Source of the DNA: Azolla caroliniana
Taxonomy: Eukaryota > Plantae > Polypodiophyta
DNA: 64,000 nucleotides
Assembly (NCBI GenBank): GCA_043228905.1
Contig: JBHGNT010000010.1
Coordinates: 11,966,001-12,030,000 of the forward strand
Reading direction: 5' to 3'
Position 1 is the stretch's first letter; the number at the start of each line of letters is the position of its first letter. Both the position numbers and the translations under genes were made by a program. Under the pieces are notes generated by a model, which worked only from the letters and a program-made list of their open reading frames with translations, was not told the DNA's origin and did not search any database. Positions 12,801-24,690 of the stretch are shown in pieces.

Positions 12801-14052
12801 GATTCGGATCAAAGTGGATCCGACTCGGAAAAAGAAGAAGGCAGATCTTCGGCAGCGAAGACCAAACCAGCCGAGAAGGGCCTCAAACCGGGTAACGATA
12901 AGTTACGCCCATCTTCCCGCCAGAAGAACCCCGTGAAGCAGTACGAGTACAATGAGTACATGGTGCATGACCAAGGTGGCGGAAGTGCATGAGCTAGAGA
13001 GCTACGTAGAAGCGGCAAAGGACGCAAATTGGCGTGCCACTATGGAGGAAGAAATGCAAGCACTTGATGCCAACGACACTTGGGACCTAGTTGACCCTCC
13101 CCGGCACTGTAAACCGATCGGATGTAAGTGGGTATACAAGGTAAAGTACAATACCAATAGTTCGGTTAACCGGTACAAGGCCCGGTTAGTGGCGAAGGGA
13201 TACGCTCAAACCCACGGAATCGACTACGACGAGACCTTTGCTCCGGTAGCGAAGATGACGACGGTTCGTGTGGTGTTGGCGGTTGTTGCGGCAAGGGGGT
13301 GGCATCGTGACTAGATGGACGTGAAGAATGCATTTCTTCAAGGCGATCTTGAAGAAGAGGTCTTTATGACCCAACCCCCCGCCTTTCAATCGGAGATGAA
13401 CAAGTCAACGGTGTGCCAGCTCAAGAAGTCACTTTACGGTCTGAAACAAGTCCCCCAAGCTTAGAATGCGAAGATCACGCGCCGGTTGCCTAAGATGGGT
13501 TTGTGACCTCTAAATCTGACTCGTCGTTGTTCATATGGCAAGGTCCAAACGGTCCGGTTTGCATCTTGTTGTATGTTGATGATCTAGTCATCATCGGACC
13601 CGGATTCGATGAAATCAGCCAAGTCAAGTCCCAGCTGTCAGACGCATTTGAGATAAAGGACCTGGGGGACCTTCACTATTTCCTTGGGATTGAGGTGATC
13701 CGAACCCCCGATGGCATATTGCTCTCACAAAGGCACTATGTGTTGAATATGTTGTACAAGGTCGGCATGACGGAATGTCGACCGATCCCCACACCCCTGG
13801 ACTGGAACCAGAAGCTCTGTCCCAACTCCAAACCGGCCTACGATGAGAAGCGGTTCCGAAAAATCGTCAGAAGCCTTATATATTTGACAATCATCCGACC
13901 CGACATCAGTTATCCGGTCGGTGTGATCAGCCAATATATGCAAAAGCCGACCATGGAGCACCTTTTGTGCGCGCATCGAATTTTGCGATATGTGAGCGCC
14001 ACGAAGGACCGGGGACTGTTATACCGGCATGGTATAACCGAAGAGCTAGTCA
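9817..14052 (+). mobile_element. Ty1/Copia element C (same family as A), 3'-truncated
   Basis: LTR 9817-10232 (TGTTGAGCGGCAAGCTCAAC...TTTTCA), degenerate PBS TGATATCATAGC, zinc knuckle CWYCGKKGH, protease WYVDSGTSNHM, integrase HSDVWGP and [17 protein letters not shown] and LLYVDDL. Many stops. Confidence 0.9.
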
Positions 14053-17000
14053 GACGTGGTGTACCCGTGGAACGGGCGGGTGCATGCTAGCGAGACCCGG
14101 AGAGCCTTGCAGCTGAATATCGAACTAGGAGGAATGAAAAGGCTGATGGAAGAAACGGCGGCGCGTCATGCGGAGACCATCCACTACTCGGCGTCGGCAG
14201 GAATCCGGGTCGGGAGTGACGAAGGCCAGAAGATGAAGGAATCCGGGTTCTAGTCATTGGTGCTAGAAGGCCTCGTCGGCGTGTGGTTGAAGAAGGAGGA
14301 AGTGGACCGCGGGGAAAGACGGATCCGGGAGGTCACCGGGTGGAGCGATCCGGTCGAGGAAAAGACCGGCTTCGTGGAAGCCATGTGCCAGAACTACGAG
14401 GTTCTGGCAGAAGACAAGCATGCGGGGAAAGCTGGAGGGGCCGGACCCTCGCAACGGTACGAGACCCGGTTCGGGCCGAAGCAGAATGACTTCGGTACTT
14501 CCGGCGCACCGGGTAAAGCAAAGAAAGCCGGTTACCGGTTGAGCACCAAGATAGAAAGAACAATGGACCTGTGGAAGGTCCTTGAGAATGAATCCTCGAC
14601 ATCAAGGTGGAGTTGTCGTTTAGGGAAGTGCTTGGGATCTCCAAGAAAGAATTCCATGACTCCATCATGGACTTGGTGAAACGAAAAAGGCTTTCGATGG
14701 AGCCGGAGCCAAAGAAGCCGATGGAGGTGCAAAGGACGCACCTAGAAAATATGGCCCTGGAAGACGAGTTGGCGAAAAGCCACTATTCGAAGCTGCACTG
14801 GGCAAGAGCCACTATGGAGACCCCGGTTCGGATCGGAGACGTCCAGGAGCCGGTGGTGGCATTGGTAGACCACGGTTCGGAGATCAACCTGATGTCTATG
14901 GACTTCTGCAAGAAGGGCAAGCGGTCGATCAACACCAAGCATAGGTGGAAAATACGAGCGGCGACGCGCGCCACGGAGGAGCTACATGGAGCCTACCCAA
15001 ATGTACGGGTGAAAATCGGTGATGTCGAGATTGACCAGCACTTCTTCATGCAGGAGACGTCCTCGCATCTGGTGATACTCAGAGAACCGTGCATTACGGC
15101 AGCATGCATGGAAACGAAGGTGCTGGATAACGGTTCGGCGTACGCACGTGTGAAGAGCCAAGATGGGCGACACTCCGTCCAATTTCTAAAAATGCGACCG
15201 AACCACAAGCACAACTACGAGATCCTCGGTGGCGAAAGCCGAGGGGATTTCTAGAGAGGGCTATCAAGGTGTGGGGCTACAATAGTCCGGACACCCTTGA
15301 AAAACCCCACAAGTGTACCATAGGAAGGAAACCCTATATTATAGATAGGAAATTTTGGTTCTCCGACAACGAAGGTTGTACAATAATCGGCATTAGTGGC
15401 CAGGAGAAGAAATGGACGGAGGGACGTCTCAGGGCATGCAAAGTCCTAGGCCCTGACGATGAGATTGGTGGAGCCGTGGAGGCGGTCTCTTTCGATGACG
15501 TCTTGGGGGAATTAAAGAAGGTGTTCGAAGAAGGCCTCAGCGAAGACCAAACGATTCCGGTTAGTTCGGAAATGATGTACGAAGTCATCGCCGACTTCGG
15601 GGAGAGCGTCGAGTTGGATCGAATGGCCCATGTGCATATGAAGTACAAGACTGTGGACCAGAAGGTGAGGCCAGTCGCAGCACCCTTGCCAGAGGGCAGC
15701 GAGTTACGGATGAAGGGGGTCACATCGGACCCAAGTCTACGGGATCCGGCCGGCATAGGACACCGGTTCACCAACATAACGCTACGGGAGCTCAAGGTTG
15801 GTGGGGGTGGCTTTCTACTACCGGCGGAGGAGGAACGGTTTCGGAGAATGCTCGGGAGGCACAGGAAGGCCTTCGCATTCTCGCCGGAAGAGATCGGGTG
15901 CGTAGACCCGACGGTCGTTGAGCCGATGGTTATCTTCACGGTACCGCATGTGCCGTGGAATCTCAAACCGATTCCAGTACCCAGAGCTCACATCCCGAAG
16001 TTGATGGAGTTGTTGAAGCAGAAGATGGAGATGGGCATCCTCAGACTGTCGAGTGCCCCGTACTCAAATCGCTGGTTTACCATGCCAAAGAAGAACGGCA
16101 CATTGCGCTTTATTTAGGACCTATAACTGGTCAACAAGGTAACCATTCGGAACGCAGGAATCGAACCGACCATTGACGAGTTCGTGGAGGCCTTCGCCGG
16201 AAGATCGATTTACTCGGTCGGAGATCTGTACTCGGGGTACGACCAATTCCAACTAGCCGTGGAGAGCAGGGATATTACGACAATATGGACTCCTCTCGGC
16301 CTAGTGTGGATGTGTACCCTTCCGCAGGGGGGGACAAACTCGGTAGCGCACATGGTGAATGCGATGAATAAGGTGCTAAGGGACTGCATCCCGGACATCA
16401 CCATGCCGTTTTTGGATGACATTCCAATCAAGGGATGTCCACTGGAGGATAAGGACGAAACGGTCGAATTAGACGGGTGTCGGAAATTCGTCTCGGACCA
16501 CATCGGAGACTGCGAGAAGGTGCTACAGAAGCTGGAAGGCGCGTAGCTCACATTCTCCGGGGAGAAATCAGCTTTCGGACAATCGAAAATCATGGTCGTC
16601 AAACACCTGTGCGAGCCTTATGGCCGGAAACCGTCTCCGGCTAAGGTGGAAGCTATCTCCACGATAAAGGAAGACTGCATGTCGGTTACAGAAGTCCGGA
16701 GGTTCTTGGGAGCTTGCGCGTTCTACCACATTTGGATCTCGCATTATGCCCATATTGCGGAGCCGCTCTATGGGTTGTTGAAGAAAGGGTGCAAGTTCGA
16801 GTGGAGCGGGGAGCATGCGGAGTCGGTCCGGAAAATGAAAGAAGCGCTTGCCGCGGCACCGACACTCCAAAAAGCGGTCTACGGCAAACATGTTCTGATT
16901 TATGTAGCAGTAGACATGAGTCCAACCGGGATAGGATGGGTGATCAACCAGGAGGATGAGAACGGCGCGAGGTTCCCCATCTGGTTCGGTGCAAAAGTAC

Positions 17001-19877
17001 TTAGCGAGAGACAACGAGGATATGCCCAAGTTAAACGCGAACTCTGGGGTATTGTTTCGGCGGTCAAGGCCGACAAGAACTACCTGATCAGGACAAAGGT
17101 AATAATAGAGACGGATTGCCTACCAATTCTCGGTATGGTTTTCGGATGCGCAACGTTGGACCTAGCAATGCTCAGGTGGGTAGCGTACATTAAGTCGCTA
17201 AATCCGGAGATACGGCACATCTCCGGGAAGGACAACGCCACGGCCGACATGCTTTCGAGAGCGAGGTTTGATGACGAGTGTGGCATGGTTTCAGAGGATG
17301 AGGAAGTCGGCGTGGACTTCTTCGAGACTTCTTACGTGACAACAAGGGGGACACTCCAACACTTACGAGTTCGACGAGAGCAAGTACGACGGGGAGTGGC
17401 TCCAGATCAGTGGGTTCCTGAAAACGATGACGTTGGACGCAGCATGGACAAAGGAAGAGGCTAACCGGATCCGGAAGAAAGCTTATCGATTCTTCCTACG
17501 AGACAGAAGCATATGGAAGCACCCGAAGAAGCGAGACAGCGTCCCACTCCGTGTAGTGGCGAGGAAGGAGGAGCAGGAAGCATTATTGACGGCGTACCAC
17601 GAGAGTCCTTGGGCCGGACATCGAGGGACATGGGTCACGTTCGAGAAGCTGAAAGAGAAGTACTTGTGGCCGTGACTATACCGGGACGTGCATCGGTTCT
17701 TAACGACTTGCGAAAGCTGTCAGATGCACTCCATAGTTCGACATCGGAATGAGTTGCACCTAACCTACCCGCCAACCATCCACTTCAAGTGGATAGTGGA
17801 TCTGGTGACGATGTCGATGGGGGTAGGGCAGATGCGATACCTGGTGCTAGCACAAGAGGACCTGATGAACCAGGTGGAGGGCCGAGCGTTACCAAACAAG
17901 ACGACTGTGGCCATGTGCCGGTTCCTGATCGAAGAGGTGGTATGTCGGTACAAGTGCGTAGGGAAGATCGTAGTGGACCGTGGAGAACTGGATGCACAAG
18001 AGGCCGAAGAGTTGTTTGATCGGTTTGGGGTTAGACTCTCGCTCACCATGGCGTACAATCCGGAGGCAAACGGGAAGGTGGAACGCGGTGGGCCAATCGT
18101 AAAGGCGTTGGTGCGGGCATGTGAAGGCCAAGTCGGGAACTGGCCGCGGCTCCTACCTTACGCATTGTGGGTGGACCGAACTACGCACAATTCGGTAACC
18201 GGGTTCATGCCAGCGGAGCTGATGTATGGGCAAAAACCGATCATGCCGATGGAGCGAACGATCTACTCATGGGCCGCGGTGGACTGGAGGGACGAGATGA
18301 GTCGAGAGGAGCTGTTAGCAGCACGAATCCGACAGCTCGAGCGAAGACCAGAGGACGTGGAACGAGCAACAGCAAAGTTGCGTGCAACAAGGACAAAGAA
18401 CAAGGGACGATTCGACCGGACTCACCGACTACGACCGAAGAAAATCGAGGAAGGTGATTGGGTTCTAGTCTACGACAACAACCTTGACAACCAGCACAAG
18501 GCGATGCGGAAATTTCCGAGGTGGTTCGGGCCTTACGCGGTGACAAGCGCCAACGACAACGGCACCTACCATCTCGCGGAGCTTGACGGAACGAGAATAG
18601 CCGTGCCGGTGTCCGGGAAGAGGATCAAGACTTTCAAGAAGCGACACAAGGACGAACCGGACCCAGAGGACATGGATAGTGACGGCGACCGATTCGGAGC
18701 GGATGGCGACTCGGAGAACGAAAGATAAGCGCAGGCCAATCTTCTCCAGCAAAGGTCTACTCTAGCGCATACCAGTGGATGCGCGGTTAGGTGGGGGCAG
18801 ATGTCGTGGAGAAAACCGTCCCTAGGAGGAATCGGTGAATAGTGTGCGTGAACCGGCCCTTACACGCAGACACATGTTTTGATGTATCGTACATAGTTAG
18901 GTACAAGTCGGCGATGTGGATATCCTAGGTAGCGCGTGTGCATTAGGTAGGGAATCAAGGAGGATCTCTATACAAAGGGACAGAGAATAAAAGTGATGTA
19001 ACAAACTATAACGTCTCTCTCTCCTTGGGCTATAAAGGGAGAGGAAAGGGGATTGAGTAAGAAAAGAAAGGAAAAAGGAAAATCGCGTTGTGGAGGACGA
19101 AGTGCTATCGGACTGGGACCGACCTCTTCTCCTCTGTCTTTCATCGTTCTTTGTAGGGTTCGGGAGGTTGCCTCTGCTTCATGGAAAGCCCGAGTGCTTC
19201 TGGCAGAGGCTCCATCTCATGTTGTCCGTGTACGTTGTGTGAGTTGGTGTCAGCGCGTTGACGCTTACCGGCTAGGCGGTTGTAACCTTGATCATAAATA
19301 TATATTTGCCTTATTCGTTGTTCGATCTTCATTGTGAGTTCTCGGTGTATTTGTGTGCGTGGCTCGGCCGTGGTTTCGCGTCGCCCCCCCCCCCCCCCCC
19401 CCCTGTTCAGTTATTCCCCGATTCAGGGCCCCCATGGTCCCGCCTTGGTTTCTCCTATGTGTGCAAAAACTTTCTATCACCTGAACTTTAAAACTTTCTC
19501 GCTTGCGCTAGTCCTTCCGGTCCAGAACACTGAAGGTTCTGCTTCATTGTCTTAAACGATCCTTTCGATTGTCCATCACCACTTGCAGATAGAGGCCGGT
19601 GCTTGTCTGCGCACATCGCGACGTTTGGCACATGTGTCACGTGCTTCACAACATCTTTGTGGTGCGGTAAATATTTTCTTAATCTTGCTCTCTCTCTCTC
19701 TCTCTCTCTATTCCTCTCAGTCAACCCACACAAGCGTCTTCGACAACAAGAATGACCCGATTGTAAACCTAAACAATAGTCGATTCCTTACAAGCACAAG
19801 TCACTCAATTCATCCTCCTTGGTCAAAGACCCCAGTGGTCCCATTCAACCGACCCGCAGGCATGGATTTCCGCGACA
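14053..19877 (+). mobile_element. 5'-truncated Ty3/Gypsy element E (non-chromovirus, fungal-like RT), 3' LTR 18802-19877
   Basis: Protease ALVDHGSEINLM, RT GDLYSGYDQF and PFLDDIPIKG, RNase H, integrase HESPWAGH and YNPEANGKVERG, GPY motif RWFGPY. PPT GGTGGGGGCAGA. LTR TGTCGTGG...CCGCGACA. Confidence 0.9.
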
Positions 19878-19929
19878 CCACTCCCCATTAACCTTCGACT
19901 ATCTCAGCGAGATTGCCTAACATCTGGTC

Positions 19930-20538
19930 TGGAGGGGGAAGATATGAAGTCAGTACCATATGCACCATATGACATTGCTCACGTCGTCGGAGTCATCAGT
20001 AGATTTATGCACAATCCCACTCGATCGTATTGGAACGCGGTTAAGCATGTGTTCAAATACCTTATGGGCACAAAAGACTATGGCATCCTATTCGTTTCGA
20101 AAGAAACATCAGGCGTAGTCGGTTACACCAACTGGAACTTTGCCGGTTGTGTGGACAGTCGAAAGTCAACAACCGGATATTCCTTCAAATTCGGCAATGG
20201 AGCAATATTGTGGAAATCGAAACATTAGGAGTGCACTACCACATCAACAACCAAGGTTGAATACATAGCCGCGTTCGATGCGGCGAAAGAGGCTTTATGG
20301 CTCAATCGGCTGGCGCACACGTTTCGACAAGTCGACTCCGACTTGGCTCCAATTGTCTACAACGATAGCCAAGGTGTTATTGCTCTATCGAAAAATCCGG
20401 TTCATCGCAATGCCTCCAAGCATATCGACGTTCGATATCACTTTGTTTGGGACTGCGTCACTTCAGGCAAAATCGGCCTTGAGAAGATACCTACATCCGA
20501 TAATGCCACAGATGGAATGACCAAAGTGTCTTCCGAAG
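19930..20538 (+). pseudogene. Copia RT C-terminus / RNase H fragment
   Basis: MKSVPY..PDIAHVVGVISRFM, DSRKSTTGYSF, KNPVHRNASKHIDVRYHFV. Confidence 0.85.
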
Positions 20539-20984
20539 TGTCGAATACTGGTCTATAATGGCCGCATTCACATTGTATCCTGGACAAACTAGATTTAGGA
20601 CAATTATATAAATATGTCAAAGAGCAGTTGCCCTAGCCTAGTTAGTATATAATGGCCTTTGTAACCTAGTTTGTGGTGGTTGTTCATCTTGGTTATTGCC
20701 ACCATTCATTTGTAACTCTGAGCTTGAATAATACAGTTACATATTGTGTGCCTCTTGCTCTCTCTCTCTCTCTCATTATGTTCTTTGATCTTGCTTTCAT
20801 CTTGTGAACTCAATGATCTTCATCTCAGGGTGTTGATGTTTTGCACTGACGGCCTCAGTTCTCAGCACTCCTCGACAGTCACGTTGATGGAGGCAAGGGA
20901 GTCACAAATCTTCTTGATCTGGATTGTATAGTCAGCCACCGACATGTCAACTCTTGTCTGAGTTGCAACTTCTAGGCTGTGGTG

Positions 20985-22877
20985 TGTTGTTGGTGGGGGG
21001 TGAATGGGAGGTGAAGCCAAGAATGGCATCACCACCCTCCCAAGGGGGTTACGTGTGAGGGAAAGAGAGGGAGAGTGAAACAAATAAACACACAAAAATG
21101 AGAGGGGAAAAAGTTATATCGCATTACATGCCCCATAAGGGGTTTATATAGTACATAATGTAACGGTTAATAATAATGTTTTTGAAATTCGGTTGTGTGC
21201 CCTCGCGTTATTGTAATTTTTATCTAATGCCCTTCTCTCTTTTTAGTCTCTCCTTCTTCTCTCTTTTTTTTTCTCCCTGTTTGTCTTTTGTAGTTTTCTT
21301 CCACTTCTTTGTCATCTTCCTGCTTCCTTGATTTCCTTTTTTGTTGTAATTCTTTCCTCTATTTCAATTTCTCCTTCTTATTTCATCTATCTTCTTCTTC
21401 ATATGTGTCTTTTTTTGCGTTCTTCTATTCTTCTTCTATTCTATCATGCCCTCTATCTTCTGTGGTGGCGGTAGTGATGATCCTCTCATCTTCTTCTCCC
21501 GCATGTTGTCTGTCTATTTGTGGTCGTCTCAGTTCGTAGGTTGTCCATAGCCGTCTCTTCGTGGGTTGTCTCTATAGCCGTTCGCTGGCTATCGGCTCTG
21601 TCTGGTGGCCGCCTGTGGCACCTTTTGTTCGACAGTTGTCTCCATCTCTCCGTCAGACTCTATCGGATGTTGACTAGTGCCGTCTAGTCGATTGGCCGGC
21701 CGGTTGGCTCTACATGTGACCGTTTGCTGATGTTTTCCGGCAGTCTCTACCGGTTGGCCATGGTCTTCTATTCGGCCGGCTCTCTGTTCAGTCGTGCCTT
21801 TCTAGCCTCCTGCCGGACATCAGTCGTCACTCGCTCGGCTCGGCCACTATTGTTTGGTTGCCAGTTGTCGGACTGTCTGTCCGGCTCTACCATCACCGAT
21901 TGTCAGTTGTCGTCATTCGCTATTTCTTGACTACCTCTCCTCCCGACCAAATGTCTCTGAGTCATTGCCGTTTGTCTGGCCAACCGTCTCTCTGCCCGGC
22001 CATTGCTGGTTGTCGAACCGTCTGTTTGCCAGTTGTCTCGTTGGTTGTCCGGTGGTCTCTATTGGCTAACCATGGCCGTCTGTTCGGTCGTGGATGTACA
22101 CATCCACATGGTTATGGCCACCATCCCTTTCATTTTCTTCTACCGAGACAAAGCAATTCTTTCACCTTCAGCATATGGACATCGCTCTTCACCATCTCTG
22201 CATACTAGTCGACAAGTCTCAGAAAAGGAATGTCGAGAGACTAGAGCTTCATGAAAGCTTCACGACTTTCGTCAAGAACTTGAGTGTAGAACGCCATCTC
22301 TTGAGTGATGTCATCATTCACATTGACCTCTGCATCATTGATGTCATTGAGCCATGGCGATGATCAGAGGAAAGTACTGAAAATGGAAGAGAGAGAAGCT
22401 ACAATGAGGAGGTAATAGATGCATGTTTTCTTCTTCAAACACACCATGGTTGCTCTCGTTGTGTCTTCTTCCTCTATTCTTTTTCTGTGCTTCAAATGGA
22501 TCTCTTCTTCCCCATGTTCTCTCACGCTCATCATGAACTCCATGAGCGATTGTCGTCCTCCTGACAAGAACTTGCCCAAGGAGGTTACATGTGAGGGAAA
22601 GAGAGGGAGAGGGAAACAAAGAAACACAAAAATGAGAGCGGAAAAAGTTATATCGCATTACATGCCCCATAAGAGGTTTATATAGTATATAATGTAACGG
22701 TTAATAATATGACCGTTACAAAAAGAAGGCCGTTACATTCTTGTCACATGCACATAATTGTGCATGTGCACACACACACATTTATGCTCACTCACACTCA
22801 TATACATTACACAAATACGACAACCCCTTTAATGTGTTTTACCCTTTATGCCTCCTCGTATACTCCTACAGGTAACA
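20985..22877 (-). mobile_element. Non-autonomous LTR element F with partly deleted LTRs, inserted in Copia A gag
   Basis: TSD TGGTG at 20980-20984 and 22878-22882; removal restores gag FAASTTA. Direct repeat of about 140 bp at ~21038-21176 and ~22575-22709. No pol motifs. Confidence 0.75.
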
Positions 22878-24337
22878 TGGTGCTTGCAGCGAAAGCCCTT
22901 TTCAGGTTCATCCACGCTTCCTTTGGCGTCTTGGCGTCCGAGATGTGGCTGAGAAGTCAATCACCGACATTGGACGCGAATCAGTACATTACCTTGCTTA
23001 CCACTTGTTCCCAAGCCGGAACGTCCCTATGTGTCACATTCGGTGCTACATCATTAACTCCGTTGACATAACTCAAGTATCCATGTTCGAGCAAGTATTG
23101 GTGCATCTTGTACGACCAAGATGCGTAGTTGCTTTTGTCGAGCTTCTCCCTCGGAAGCAAGCTAGCCATTCCTCTGTCCATTTCTCTCCTTGTCTGTTCT
23201 TACCAGGTGTTAGGTCTTGGTTTGTGTTGAACGCTCTTGTCGGCAGTAGAGGATGTTCTAACCCTCGCATTCTGATACCATGAATTTTTTATGTGCGGAA
23301 GTGTAGACACAACCGGCTCAATCGCATAGCAACAGAGAGACAAAAATGAAGGTTTAATGGAAGCTTGAGAATACACAGTATGCGAGAGAGACAGAGCAGA
23401 GGGAGCAGAACATAAACTCTATTTCAAAAATAAACTCAATACTCTATACATCGAATGTGCTTAGAGAGCACTTTTTTACAAGTCCTTAAAAGGACTGAGA
23501 CAAGTACCATTAGTACTTGAATGCTCATAAATGAGCCCCTACACTAACTCCCAAATATATCTTTCCAACAGCCTTTCGGCTCCCACTGATCCGGCCTCGC
23601 CGATCCGGCTCTCGGCTTATTCAGCCAATCCGGGCCTAACCGATCGGTCCAATCCAATCCGGTTCTTGGCTTCTTTAGTCGATCATGCCCAAGTTGAGCT
23701 TGCTCGCTCAATACTTCTTCATACAATCAATTACAAAGCACCAAGAATTTATGGAAATAAAATGAAGGTTGAGAAATGATCATATTTTCCAAGCCTAACT
23801 ATCCTAGAAATGCATTTATTGATACAACCACACACGACATCGTTTCACCCTTTCACAACTCTTTCAAAGAGGATTATACAACCCAACATTTAACCCAACC
23901 CAAAACCCTAAACATGAATCTTGACTCATTCATTCACCAGACACCCAAAAATTTATGAGAGCCAATCCATTGGCAGGACTAAGCTAGGTTAGCCAATCCA
24001 TTGGTTGGGTTACTAAAATCGTTGTTGGATTGAGCTAAGCTAGAAAAACTATGAGATTACAATGGCCAAGTTAGAATTTCCAAGTATTTGGGTTAGTTGT
24101 GATAGAGGCTATTTAGTTCTGGGTTACTAACAAGGCGCACACTTTTTTGGGATAATGATCTAATAGTGTAGAATCGCACGTGATTAGTGAAACATGCCCT
24201 GCACCGTTCATGACCGTGATTCCCTCACACAATCTCTTTATATGATTTGGTAGCAAATAGACACGTCGGTAGCTTCGGCAGACATACGTACAGAATGGAT
24301 GGATTCAATGGATTGGTTTGTTACACATATGTATATG

Positions 24338-24649
24338 GTGAGTTAGTAGTCTGAATCAGACAAAGAGAGTGCATATGATAATAATGAGGGAGAGAGAGAG
24401 GTCCATTTCCTGTTGAGGGAATTAATTAATTAATTGATTATGTACATACATGTGTATGTATGTATGTATGTATGTGTGTGTACATTTGTGTATGCATGCA
24501 TGCATGTATTATATATGTACATATATCATTATATCATTATATGTATATACATATATACATATGTCAAATCAATATGTATGTAATGAATTGATTTGGTTTG
24601 CGAAATCATATACATACAGTACATAATCTCTCGCTTCTTTTGTTTTCAG
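24338..24649 (+). other. Probable 5'-UTR intron of SNX1, rich in (TATG)n/(TA)n simple repeats
   Basis: GTGAGT donor at 24338 and polypyrimidine TTTTGTTTTCAG acceptor ending 24649, 41 nt before the ATG. Confidence 0.5.
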
Positions 24650-24690
24650 CGCCCGAGACGGAGACGGAGACGGAGACTGACTGACTGACG

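Larger units (their letters stand above)
9790..20867 (+). mobile_element. LTR insertion B inside Copia A gag; 5' LTR interrupted after 27 bp, 3' LTR 20539-20867
   Basis: TGTCGAA(A/T)ACTGGTCTATAATGG at 9790 and 20539. TSD CTCCT at 9785-9789 and 20868-20872. Removing it restores gag SINVTVEEDKMV. Confidence 0.8.
6844..23713 (-). mobile_element. Ty1/Copia element A, internally deleted, host of nested insertions
   Basis: 5' LTR 23713-23281, PBS TGGTATCAGA (tRNA-iMet) 23280-23271, gag MDRGMASLLPREKLDKSNYASWSY, PPT GAAGGGGAG ~7216-7208, 3' LTR 7207-6844. TSD CTTCT at 6839-6843 and 23714-23718. Confidence 0.9.
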
